DNA of 64,000 nucleotides from Isurus oxyrinchus (lineage: Eukaryota), in contig JANJGN010000036.1 of assembly GCA_026770705.1 (NCBI GenBank), positions 1,178,001 through 1,242,000 of the forward strand, in the 5' to 3' direction. This document shows positions 1 through 11,990 of the stretch, piece by piece (position 1 is the stretch's first letter; every line of letters begins with the position of its first letter). The translations under genes were made by a program, and so were the position numbers. Below the pieces are notes generated by a model. That model saw only the letters and a program-made list of their open reading frames with translations. It ran no database searches and was not told where the DNA came from.

Positions 1-329
1 CCTGCTCCTATATCTTGTGTTCATGTGTCTGTCTAAGCATATTGATATGGTTGGATGCCACCGGATAATTTGTCAGTGTGTAATATTGGAAAATATGATT
101 ACATTCCCAGTGTACCACTTTCTCTCACCATGCCTGTGTAAAATTATCTATTCATATCTCTGCCTGCTTAACATTCACGATATTTCTTGATGTCTTAGTT
201 AAACAGTGAGGTATAAGATATCTTCACTATCTGCGTGACTATCTGTTGATCTGTTTATCCATCTCTCTTGCTCTGTATCAATCAATCCATTCCTGTCCTC
301 GTGCAGTTTAAGATAGCTGATATATTTGC

Positions 330-1745
330 CTGTCTGACAGTCTCTCTCTCTCTGCCTCTTTCCCCAACTCCACATCTCTGTATTTACCGGTTCCTCTCGC
401 TGTTTATCTATTGACTTTGTGTCTGTCTCACGCTGTCTTTATCCTTTCTTACATGTATAGATATATCTTTCTAAAAGACTCTATCTCTGTTTATTTGCCT
501 ATTTCTATCCCCGTTAAATGGTATGATCTAAGCGATCTGTGGCATTCATCTATCTTCCTGTCTCTTGATCTGTCACCATCTTTCCCTTTCTCTATTTTTC
601 TCTCCCTGTCTTTATCGTGCTCTTGCTCTATCCTTTTCTATCCAGTTAAACAGTTTGTCATAGTTATATGGACTTCCTATTACACTCTCTTCATCACCCA
701 ATCTCTCTCTGTCCAACTAGCTCTCGATCCAACTCTCAATCCATCTCTCCATCCATCTCATACTCCAATTCTCCCACTCTCCTAAACTTCCGCTCTCGCT
801 CCCCATCTCTACCCAACTTTCCTTCTCCCCCTCTCCACAGCTCTGTTCTGCCCTCTCTCTCTTATCTCCCATTTCTTCCTCACTCCCCAAATCTATCCAA
901 TTCTCACTCCTCCCTCTCTCCCTCTCCCCCTCTCTCCCCAAACCTCCCTCTCTCGAACTCTCCCTCTCTCCCCTACCCCCATCTCTTCCGCTCTTTATCT
1001 ATCTGCCTATCTCTCGCTCTCTCAATCCCTCTCTCCATATCTCTCCCTCTCCTCCTCTATCCCCAACTCTCCCTCTCTCCACCATCCCTCCCTCTCTCCA
1101 CTATCTCCCCATTTACCCCTGCTCTCCCTCACATCTCCCTCTCTCTGCATTTCTCTTCGCTCCCTCTCTATGCCCCTCTCTCCTTTGCTTCCCCTCCTTC
1201 CACCTCGCAATTCTCTCCTGCTCTTCAAATTTTTCTCTCCGTATTTCTATCCTAGTTAAGCAGTTTTCTCTAAGTGACCTGATCCCTCGATCACTCTCTG
1301 TCCATCTGTCGGTGGCTTAATATTTCTTTGCTATTAAAACAGTGCTTTGTCTACCATTCCCTGTCATTCTCCTTCTATCTCTCTTCCGTTATCTCTTTGT
1401 TTGTACCATTTAAATATTGTTCAAGAAGATTGCTGCACTCCCTCTGTTGCTTCCTCTCTCTCTTTCAGTCCCTATAAACAAGGCTCTGTCTACCTCCCTT
1501 TCACACTTTCCCTCAGTGTCCTATTCAAACAGCCTTTTTAAAGATCTCAGCTCCATCGCTCTTGTTATTATTCTCCCTCTCTCTCACTCCATATTATATA
1601 TATATATTTTTTTTTTTTGTCCTGGTTAAACATTCATTTATAAGATCTCTGCTCTCTCTTCCATCCATCTCGCCATTTCTCTCTCTATCTCTTCCCCCTC
1701 TTTCTATCTCTTTCTGCTTCTGTCATGTTTCAACAATCTTCTAAA
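330..1745. repeat. CT-rich low-complexity polypyrimidine tract in the C1-TM intron of type I gene copy 1
   Basis: Long degenerate (CT)/(CCT) tract; paralogous tract at 35660-36850; explains the spurious Ser/Leu/Pro ORFs. Confidence 0.9.
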
Positions 1746-1893
1746 AGATCTGTGCTCTATTTCCGGATAATGAAATATGCAAAAATCTATTTCCGTCTCC
1801 ATTTGAAATCACATGTTCAGATTTCACACTTTCCCCCCAATTATTTAATTAATTTCATAAGCTTTCTTTGAAATGATAGTTTTTTTTTTGCAG

Positions 1894-2013
1894 ATTCTCC
1901 GCTCTTAGCCACCTGCTGTTTCCTGCTTCTTGGAGGTTTGGCAGCAGCTGCGCTTCTACTTCTGGGGATGATCCTTGTTGCCAGGAAAAGGAGCTGCAGG
2001 AACAAGCAGACAG
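1894..2013 (+). CDS. Type I V-C1 receptor copy 1: connecting peptide/transmembrane exon
   Basis: tttttgcag acceptor, G|gtagcg donor, 120 nt, phase 1-1; (D)SPLLATCCFLLLGGLAAAALLLLGMILVARKRSCRNKQT; same-length paralog at 37020-37139. Confidence 0.85.
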
Positions 2014-2149
2014 GTAGCGATTGTTGGGAGGTGCTGTAACTCCGCGGCGCTGTCAATCTATCCATTTATCTGTGCGTTGTTGACACCTTCAGCCAGTTCA
2101 GTGTCAAATGTAGCCACTAACACACAGTTCAAATATTATTTTCTTACAG

Positions 2150-2208
2150 GCAGCATGAATATAGATGAGGAAATGCAAGGTTCCAGTGAACAAGGAGAGA
2201 ATAAAAAG
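2150..2208 (+). CDS. Type I copy 1: cytoplasmic exon 1
   Basis: ttcttacag acceptor, AAG|gtaaag donor, 59 nt, phase 1-0; GSMNIDEEMQGSSEQGENKK; 59-nt paralogs at 37272 and 47676. Confidence 0.8.
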
Positions 2209-2827
2209 GTAAAGGAATGGAACTGTTGTTGCCACTGCGCGTGGATACATTTCACTGAATTGTAATCAAAGATTTAAATTTCATAGTTACTCCGATGAAT
2301 CTAGAAAGTGTTGCATCGTGGGCAGTACAGGATGGCAGAAACTAGTCTTCAAGCCCTCTCATGGGGAGGATGAATGGGTGATCTACTCGAGGGGATTCAA
2401 AATCATTAAAAGGTACAATCACGTGTATGGACAGAAAACATTTGCTCTAGTGTTGAGCGTGGGGAGGGGTCGGGGGTGTGCCTGGCGTGTAGAACAGGAG
2501 GGCAGAACTTTAGCATAACGCTAGGGCATTCAGGGTTGATGTCAGAAAGCACTAAGTCACACAAAGGCGCATGGAAATCTAGAGCTCTCTCCCCTCAAAA
2601 GCTCATGAGGCTGCGGGATCAACTGGAAATGTCAAAACGGAGATTGGTAGATTTTTGTTGGGTACGGGGATCAAGGACTATGGAACAAAATTGGGCAGAT
2701 GGAAATTATGATACAGATACGCCATGATCTAACTGAATATACTGCAGGGTCCAAATGTCCTCCTCTTATTCCTATGACGATGGTGTTTGTTATATTAATA
2801 GGTTCGGTTTTTATTGTTTCTCCACAG

Positions 2828-2872
2828 ACACTTTATGCCCGCTTGGCCTTTAAGCAGGATCCCACACTCTGA
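2828..2872 (+). CDS. Type I copy 1: terminal coding exon with ITSM/ITIM-like motif
   Basis: tttctccacag acceptor, phase 0; TLYARLAFKQDPTL*; stop position conserved in paralogs at 37968-38012 and 48118-48162. Confidence 0.85.
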   Translation, partial: TLYARLAFKQDPTL

Positions 2873-3714
2873 TTGACGAGTAAAGAGAAATAGAGCTCAC
2901 AGTCTTCTTCCCAAACATGGGGTGTTGCAGAAAGTTTCCTCTGTTGGGCGGGAAAGACCAAAAGTCCAACCAGTGCAAACTCAGGCGCATTCTCAGTGCA
3001 ATTCTGTGATGTTGCCCAAAGCATGAACTGAATAATCTTTTAATGCACGGTATTTCAAAGATGAATTATCGCCTGCAGTTCCACTCCAGCCATCCAGGTT
3101 TCTGTTATCTAGTTTATTATGGCATTCTGCATCTTTATTCAATATGTCAGCAAGAAATTATTCAAGCAGGTTTTATAATGTGTCTGTGCTTGAGTTACCG
3201 ACATATTAAAAAAGATTTGAAAACCAAAGACAGCTCTGTGCTATCATTTTATTGTTCATTCAGAGCAGATGAGCCCAGGATATCCCTGAGGCCAATTTAC
3301 AAAGTCATGTTTAGAGCGAATGTAAGCAGGATAGAAGCCGGATCAAGGACCAGCATTTACTGGATGGGGATGTAGGCTGCATTGATATGGAAGCTGCAGT
3401 GTTAGTGGACCCCAAGCCCTCACTGGTTGTGTCCTGGGAGGGAACAATATTACATTTACTCTTGAAAGAATATTATTGACAATCCATCCGCTCTTTTGTT
3501 CATAAAATTTAATGCATTTCAAAGACCAAAATCTCTGGTTCAAGGCACTGAAAGCACAGGAGGAGGAAATTTGAACATCAGTCAAATGCTTTAGTAAATT
3601 TGATGTTTCACAGAGATGATGTAATCTATTTCGATGACAACTTTCATTTCATCAATATTAAAAAGCTGGTTTGGAAACCGTTGGTAATCTGATTATCGGA
3701 TATTTATGTTGATG

Positions 3715-3720
3715 AATAAA
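3715..3720 (+). promoter_or_regulatory. Candidate polyadenylation signal of type I copy 1
   Basis: AATAAA ~840 nt after the stop; ATTAAA at the homologous position 40491-40496. Confidence 0.3.
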
Positions 3721-3889
3721 CTCTGGTCTGCAGAGGGTCTTGTGAATCCTGTTTGTAGCAGATATGAACATTCCTAAATTAACAGTAATTTATTTATTGT
3801 AAAGGTTCATTCTGCACAGATATTTCGAGAATTTGTCGAGACACTTATTACAAGATGCAAATTGGAAAGGCCATTCTGCTAAAGCAGTA

Positions 3890-4755
3890 TGGAACCAAGG
3901 TGGGTAGATAGAAGTTATGATACAGAATCGTCATGATCTAAATGAAAAGATTGGAGGTGCTGAATGGTCTCTTCCAATCCCTTTGATGATGGTGTTTGTT
4001 ATATTAATCGATTCGGTTTTTATCGTTTCTCCACAGACACCCGTTGGCCTTTAAGGATATTGCTGACACTGAGGTGATTCGGAGGAGGTTCTTTAGATTG
4101 ATTCCACAGTTGGGGGGCTTGTCTTCTGAGGAGAGATTGAGCAGCTTAGGCCGATACTCGCTAGAGTTTAGAAGGGAGATAGAATATTGAATTGAGGTAT
4201 ACATGATGCTTTGGGGACAGACAAAGTAGACGTCGAGCGGATGTTTCCCCTTCCCCCTATGAAAGGCCATAGTTTTAGGCTAAGGGGTGGTAGATTTAAA
4301 TCAGCGATGAGGAGGAATTACTTTTCATAAATGGTCGTGAATCTGTGGAATTGACTCCCTCAAAGTGCATTGGATGCCAGGATGCTGAATAAATGTAAGG
4401 AGGAGATAGGCAGATTTTTAATTAATAATGGGTTGAAAGATTATGGGGAGAGGGTGGGAAATTGGAATTGGGGATGAAATTAGATCAGCCATGATCACAA
4501 TGAATGGCGGGACAAGCAGAATCGAGGGGCTGAATTGTCCACTCCTGATCCTAGTTCTTATGTTCTTAGGAGGATAGCACAATCTGCTGTAGAGAAAAGT
4601 GGGAGAAAGAACACAATCTGCTTCACGAACATAACGTGTTGGAGAAAGTTTCCTCTGTTGAGCGGGAAATTCCAAAAACACAACTGGTGAAAATTCAGTC
4701 ACATTCTTGGGGCGATTTTGTGATGTCAACCAAAACATGAATTGAATAATCTCTT
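3890..4755 (+). pseudogene. Local duplicate of the type I terminal exon/3'UTR, tyrosine codon deleted and split by a LINE
   Basis: 3890-4058 and 4571-4755 are homologous to ~2680-3040; acceptor ctccacag ends at 4036, followed by ACAC-CCGTTGGCCTTTAAG lacking TTTATG. Confidence 0.75.
4060..4570 (+). mobile_element. CR1-like LINE 3' end (5'-truncated)
   Basis: C-terminal ORF2 remnant (YSLEFRR..., R.VNLWN.LP) and typical 3' tail; probable AGGATA target-site duplication. Confidence 0.8.
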
Positions 4756-4999
4756 AGATAAAAGCAAAATACTCTGCATGCTGGAAATCTGCAATGAAAA
4801 CTAAAATAGCTGGAAAAAATAAACACGTCTGACAGCATCTGCAGAAAGGAAGACAGTTAAAGTTTCGAGTCCATATGAACGTTCATCAGAACATTTTAAC
4901 ATTTTAGCATTGTAGTCATTGCGTAAATTGGTACAATTTAAGTTTGTTATGGACAAAGAAATAGCCCAGATTCAATAGACAAGTGAATTACCTCTTAAC

Positions 5000-5725
5000 T
5001 TGGTTAGTGCAGTAAGGAGAGATGATATCCTGGATGGAGCATCGAATGAAGATTTGTGGGTAGAGCGTACGGGTCAAAACGGGGCTGAAACATTGTTAGG
5101 TCTTTATTATGGACCCCCAGATAACGGGAAATTGAGAAGGAAATATGTGCACAATTTGTGGAGGAGTGTAAAAACAATAACAATATGTTAAATATATTAC
5201 ATTAGGTGCCTTCAACTTGCCTAACACTATTTGGGATAGACATATGGCTTGGATGGAGCAGAGTTGCTGAAATATGTACAGGAGGACTTTTTAGGTCAAT
5301 GTGTGCAGTGTCCAACAAGGGACGGGGGAATGCTGGACCTAATTCTGGGGAACGAAGCCGTACAGGTGGCTGACGTGATGGTGAGGGTGCATTGTAGCAT
5401 TTTAGTGATAGCGATCACAATATGGTAAAATTTAATCGTGTTGTGGACAAAAATGTAGACAAGTGGTGGAAAAAATGTTTTCGATTGGGGGAGAGCAGAA
5501 TTTAGTAAAATAAGGCAGGATTTGGCAAAGGTAGACTGGTCACAGCTACTTGTGGGAAATCTATAGGGAAGCAGTGGGGGGCATTCAAAAAGGAAATGGG
5601 GATTAGACAGGCTCAACATGTTCCCATTAGAGTGATAGGAAGGAGTAACAAGCCCAGAGAGCCATGGATGACCAGAGATATTCAGGATACGATTAGAAGT
5701 AAACGGGAGGCTTTTGACAGGTTCA
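5000..5725 (+). mobile_element. CR1-like LINE ORF2 fragment (endonuclease/linker region)
   Basis: Degenerate LLG.YY.PP, FN.P.. and LDLILGN motifs. Confidence 0.75.
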
Positions 5726-6179
5726 AGTGAAGCAAATCTCCTTCTAAACCTCAACTCCTCAGGTACAAAAAAGGGCAGCTGCCATTGAGGGAGAAACACC
5801 CACGCTGCTGCCACCGGAGAAGGTGTTTGATGAACTCAATGACCTAATGCACATTCAGATTTGAGTATTTTTAAAGTGAATCTTCAATCAGCTCCGAGAC
5901 TAGTTGACGGAAAATAGTTCAGGAGACCTTCAAATTCAGAATTAAATTGTTTCAACTCGAAAGAGAGTAGGGAACCTTTAATTATGGATTATTGGATTTG
6001 AGCCGATTATCAGACTCTGACACTGTTCATTGCTATAATTACGTGTTGGTAAATGAACCAGATATAACACTGCATCAATTATTTCTCCAAAATATTTCCT
6101 TAAAGTGTATTCGTGGATCAGTCTGCGATTGAAACTGATTTACCGATATTCCACCCATGATGGATCCGTAGATAATGCA

Positions 6180-8120
6180 GGAAATTGTTGGTCCCTGTTT
6201 CGAGGTTATCACTTTCATGAAAGATTGAACAGGCCGAGGCTCATTTCTCCAGAAAAGTGGAGGCTGATGGGGTGACCACATAGAAGTCTTCAAAATTAAG
6301 GTACTATTCGATAGGTTAGATATAAAGAGACGTTTCCACTTGTGAGAGCGAGGCCTGAACAAAGGGGCCATTGTTATAAGACAGTCACTAAAAAATCCAA
6401 TGGGTATTCAGGAGAAACCTCTTTACCCAGAGAGTGGGGAGAATGTGGGACTCGCTCCCACAGGGAGTGGTCGAGGTGAATCACAGAGATGCACTCAAAT
6501 GGAAAGCTGGATCAACACCGGAGAGAGAAAGGAATAGAAGGATGTGCTGATGGGATGAGATGAAGGTAGGGTGAGAGAAAATTAGTATCAGTAAGAAGGT
6601 TGTATTGGAGAAATTAATGGGGCTGAAATTTGTCAAGTTCCCGGACCTGATATGCTGCATCTCAGACTGTTGGAAGAGTTTGCTGTAGAGATAGTGGATG
6701 CTTTGGTGATCATTTTCCTAAATTCTATAGATTCTGGAATGTTTCTTGAAATTTGGAAGGTAGAAACTGTCATCCTTATTTAAGAAGTGACGGAGAGAGA
6801 GGAAACAATAAACCACAGACCTGTTAGCGTTAAATCAGCAGTAAGGAAAGTGTGATAATCTGTTGTAAAGAATGTCACAAATGGATATTTGGATAATCAT
6901 GATCTGATTGGGCATAGTCAACATGGACATGCGAATGGGAAATCATGGTTGATTAACTTGTTGGAGTTTTTAAAGCATGTTCAAGCAAAATTATTAAAGG
7001 AGAGTCGATGGATGTAGTATACTTGGATTTTCAGAAATGTTTTGATAAAGTCTCCTACAGGTGGATGATTAGAAAAATAAAATCAGTTGGACAGGAGGCA
7101 ATGTACTGGAATGAGTTCAGGATTGGGCAACAGGCAAAAAACAGAGGGTACGAATAAACAGATCATTCTTGCATTTGCAGTCTGTGACTAGTGGGTTACT
7201 ATAGGGATCAGTGCTTGGGGCCCAGCTGTTCAAAATAGATATCAATGATTTGGATGTGAAGATCAAATGTAATATTCCCAAGCTCGCAGAAAATGAGAGG
7301 GAGGGAATGTGTGCCTTGAGGAAAATGTCAAGCGGCTGCAGGAGGATTTGGACAGTTGAAATAAAATGTGGGAAAATGTGAGGTTATTCATTTTGGTGTA
7401 ATGAACAGATGTGCAGAGTATTCCCGAAATGGTTAGGGATTAGAACGTGTAGATGGACAATGGGACATATGTGTCATTGTCCATAAGTCACTGAAGGCTA
7501 GCATGCAGATGCAGCAAGCTATTAGGAAGGCTGAGGGAATGTTAGCCTTTATCCCAAGTGGATTTGAGTACAGGGGTAGTGAAGTCTTGCTTCAATGTTA
7601 TAGAAGCTTGTTAGGCTGCACCTGGAGTACTGTGTGCAGTTTTGGTCCCCTTACGTTAGTAAGGAAATTCTTGCCATACAAGGAGTGCAACAGTGTCACC
7701 AGGCCTGTTCTAGGGAAGGCGGGACAGTGTTATGAAAAGTAATGTAATCTCTAGAGTTCTGAACAATGAAAGATGATTTCAGTGAAACCTAAAAAAAACA
7801 CTCAAAAAGAATATACAGGGTAAACTCAGTTAAAATTTTCCCCTGGTTGGGAGTCGAGAACCGGCGAACACAAGTTCAAAATAAAGGAGAAGCCCCTTAG
7901 GACCGAGGTGACGAGAAATTTCTTCACTCAGAAGGTTGTGAATCATTGGAATTCTTTACCCCAAACGACCCTGGAAGTCAATCATTGAATATGTTTAAGG
8001 GGAAGATTGATAGCTTTCTGATTAATAATTGACAAAATGGTTATGGGGATAGTATGGGTAAAAGACATTGAAGGCATCGTATCAACGGGCTGAGTGGCCT
8101 TTTCATGGTCCTATGTTCCT
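6180..8120 (+). mobile_element. CR1-like LINE fragments (3' end 6180-6570; reverse-transcriptase region 6580-8120)
   Basis: Degenerate RPVSL.S, L.NLLEF, DVVYLDF.K.FDKV, GSVLG.., LEYCVQFWSP motifs with frameshifts. Confidence 0.85.
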
Positions 8121-8399
8121 CTGGGAGGAAAATCGTGTGGAGATGAAAGAACGGCATAGAGCAGATGGTCCATGCTCCGCTGAACCAAAGGAATAATTCT
8201 GACTGAACGAGACAGGCGAGAAGAGAAATTCTTAGTGAAACAGTTACTAAACTATTAGCGTTAGATTCTAGGTTTCTTCAGTCTAATGTGTTGCTGTTGA
8301 AACCAGAATAAATTAACCTGTTCACAATGAATTGAACATGACACTCGGAATTAGGAGCCTTTTGCCCCCCTTCAATCGAATGTCATAAACAGAAATGTT

Positions 8400-9065
8400 G
8401 TCCAATTCAGCACCATTGCCTTTGTCCTCAGTTTGACCCAGTCTGGGCTGTGCACCGCCTGTGACGCGCCGTGTGTGGTCTCCTAACCTGTAAACAGGAA
8501 ACCCTCTGCTTACATTTACAACGCGCTGCTTTTTCCAGTGAGTGCATATGTGTGTGTGGGCTTGGGGCGGCGGAGGTGCCCATGTTTATCTCGCGAACAA
8601 CATCATTAAAGGCATGATGTGTGTCTCAAACCCGTTCATTTTCTGGGTGTTGCTCTGCGCAGTTACCGCTGTCACACTTTTGTAACCGCTTCTTCAAAGG
8701 AAGTGATTTCTCTCTCCTTATCATAACAGAACGCATGGTGTTGATTTTGTAGCTCAGTTATTGTATCTCAGGCTGATTTCCAGGCCCCGGCGGATCAGTG
8801 TCTCGCTCGGAAGTAGCGACAATGTGCACTGCAACACGGCTTAGTTGGTGGTGCTGGGGAGGGAGAGGGTCGGGGGCGCTGCAGGGTAGGGGGAAGGGCG
8901 TTGGCGGTGCTGGGGAGGGGGCGGGTGGGTCGTTTGCGGTCTCCTGGTATAAACCGGACGCTTCTGCAACTGGTTTACGTCGTGACATAATATAACCATC
9001 CAACAAGGGTATTTTCGGGAGAAGTTAGCGGCGCATGAAGACGCTATTCTCTGATCATATGAGCA
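8400..9065 (+). pseudogene. Type I-like relic: promoter/first exon and 5' half of V exon
   Basis: First-exon donor TTCCA|gtgagt at 8537; acceptor gctcag|TTATTGTATCTCAG at 8758 matches gene A V start (gctcag|TTATTATGTCTCAA); GSSDNVHC and AVSWYKP remnants with frameshifts; rest of V and C1 missing. Confidence 0.7.
8590..8710 (+). mobile_element. Degenerate Deu-domain SINE remnant (paralog at ~44690-44830)
   Basis: Resembles the reverse complement of the better-preserved copy at 59565-59995. Confidence 0.5.
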
Positions 9066-10454
9066 TGTATAATTTCTGAGCCCTTACTCCGTCCTCATGT
9101 ATCTCATCATTTCAGTGATTAGCTTCTGAATTTTTAAGTCTATCAGTCTCTTTGGCGTTAAAGCGGATGGAGGGAGATATGCTGTTTTGACATGTCAATG
9201 ATGAAATCAAAACCCAATTTTCTGTTTACCAATTTCTCTCCCGATTCCTCGAAGTCTTCAGCTGTGCTCCATTTAGCTTCCAGCACAGAAACAGTGCATT
9301 CGGCCTTTTAGTTCGGCGCTGTTACTGCTGCTCCACACGAACATCCTTCCACCCCCTCTTCATTTAACCCCATCATATATTATTTTCGTCCATTCTCACT
9401 CATGTGTTGATACAGCGTCACCCATAAATCCATCTCTGCAAGTGACCTCAACCACTTCGTGTCGAAGCGTGTGCAACATTCTCTGTGCTCTCAGGTTAAA
9501 TAGATTTCTCCTGATTTCCCACTTGCATTTATCAGTGACTACCTGATATTGATGGCTTCGAGCTCTGGGCTCCCCCACGAGGGAAAACACCTTGTCTACG
9601 CCTGCCCGGAAAATCCTTTCATAATCTTAAAGATCTCAGGTCCCTCCTCAGTCTTCTCTGTTCTTGAGAAAAGAAGAAAGCCCGTTCAAATTTTCCTGAC
9701 CGTTATAGACTCTCAGGTTTGGAATCGTTACAATGAACTTTTATTTCACTTTTCCTGTTTCTCCATATTCTTTTTGATAATATAGAAACCAGAATTATTC
9801 ACAGGACCCTACGTGTGGTCAGGCTAAGCTCAAATATCCGTTTGATAAATCCTTTCATCTTTACATGCTTATTTCCGTAGACCTGTCCACACTTTGGGCC
9901 TATGATTTTTGTGACCTTATTAACATCTGTTACCAATTTCAATGATTTTTCTATCGGCGCCTCAGAACACTCAGCTCCTCCATACAACTTAAACTCTTAT
10001 TTTCTAGTGATTATGCAGCCGTCAACCGAGACCTAAGCCTAACCCAAACACCAATATTACTCCTTCCTGACAAAATGGTCGATATATAACTTTTCATCCA
10101 AGTCACAGAAAGATATCCGCTGGGTAACTATAAGCTAGTTAGTCTTTCATGCGTTGCGGGCAACGGGTAGCATCAATAAGTGGAATTGGTGAGCAATTCA
10201 TAATATGTGGGTTCGTTACGGTCAGACAGTTCTGATTTGTAAACGTTTGTGAAAGTGTCGTCATGCTGAACTTATTTAAAAGAGTTATATTTTTCAAGAT
10301 TTGTCCGAATGGAAAGTTAAAATGAAGGCAGTAGATAGAACGTGTATGGATGTCTAGCAGGCCGTCATGTGCCTCTCAAGATGTTTGATTGAACCAGCAT
10401 GACCAGTGTGAAGGAGGTGTGGGAAGATGGATATAAAATAGATACAGACATGGA

Positions 10455-10680
10455 TAAATCTATCTATCTATCTCTCTATTTATCTCTCTATCTATCTCTC
10501 TATGCCCCTGCATGTCTGTCTATCTGTCCATCCATCTATATATCCATCCAACTATCTCTCCATCTAGCTGTCAATCTACCTGTCCATCCATCTGTCTATC
10601 GATCTATCCATGTATCTATCTATCTAGCTGTCTTTCTATCTATCTATCCTTCTATCTATCTATCTAACTATCCATCTTTT
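10455..10680. repeat. (TATC/CATC)n microsatellite
   Basis: Direct inspection. Confidence 0.9.
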
Positions 10681-11349
10681 TTTTTTTGACTGAAGCATCC
10701 TAACACTGTAAAATAAGCAATGTAAAACCCAACAGAAGTTTGGTAACAAAATGGAAAATGAGCGTGTAGAGGAGAAATTACCCCAGGGCTGAAGGAGGTA
10801 TATTTGTAATGCGACCAGTTTTTGTGTTTGCTAATGCCCATCTCATGGAAATTTCTACTTCCATTCGCCATATGGTTTTCATTCTGCTTGCATCCCATTC
10901 CGCCACACGATCAGAGGGAACTGCCAAACGGGTTGTTCACTGTTTCCTCTCCAGTGTTTTAATAGGATTTGTAACAATGGAACTATCAACTGTCGGCAAT
11001 GTTAGGTATCCCCCGCCAGTCCCCGACATTTACAGTGCCTGTGTATGGTGTGTTCGCATGTGCTCCATCCACTTCCTCAGGGGAGGCTCATGAACCTTTT
11101 CGGGCGTATCATGTCCTTGCCCCCCCCCCCCCCCCACTGTTGATTCTTAATGTCCAGATACCACCATGTCAGAGAACATAATAAAGAGAGTGACGAACTT
11201 CATACCAACCAGAAATTCTATTGACCCCAGGTTTTCCCCATATTCACAAATTGCATGTTCAACCATGGGGCTGAGTCAATATTTACTCGAAATGAACGCC
11301 AGCGAAAGCGAAACTGTTTATTTTAATATGTCACCCCCGACTGGTTTCG

Positions 11350-11990
11350 GCCAGCCTTTCCACTCCCATAACGGGTGAAGATCTGTCGTTGTCCTGCTCA
11401 TCCCTGAAACCAGCGTCCTGCCTTTCCTCTGAATCCATCCACCTGACTACTGACTGTGGCCTCCAAAATATTGGCTGCTCTTGTCCCCAAATGCCACAAC
11501 CCTAATCCAGACTTCACAATCTCAATGCTTAATTTCAACAGCGCTTTTCCGACAAAGATACTCACTTTCTTCTTTCTCAAACACCATTTATCCCGAATAA
11601 TATCACCCAAGTCATTAACAGAACAAAGATTAAATCCTTTTGCCTTCTTGACAAGTTCCAGTGTTTCCCAGTATCCCAATGAATCGATTCGAAAAGGCTT
11701 TCCGGTCCCTACCATTCAATTTGTGCGTGAACAGCTGACCATACCAATCTAATAGGGTGCATTCTCCATTCCTCCCTCAGGCCACATGTTATAACATTTC
11801 TGCTTATTCCTCGCTGCATCCGCTGCACAAGCGTCACAAATCCTGCAAGGAATCATGCACAAACCATCTGGCGAACACTTGTCCTCCCTCAGCTCCCTAC
11901 TCAAAATGCCGGCAATTTCCGTGTCAATGTCCTTGCCTCTCTTCAGGAGCCCGCCGTGCAGGCATTGTTTACCATTTCCCTTCACATAGT
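11350..11990 (+). mobile_element. Old L2-like LINE fragment
   Basis: Degenerate sequence resembling the L2 ORF2 C-terminus (LKMNASESE, H....L.SL...P remnants). Confidence 0.4.

Noticed and set aside
411-1744. Long ORFs 411-785, 668-1255 and similar (also 35567-36397)
   Set aside because: Translation of CT-rich low-complexity intron; no domain signal
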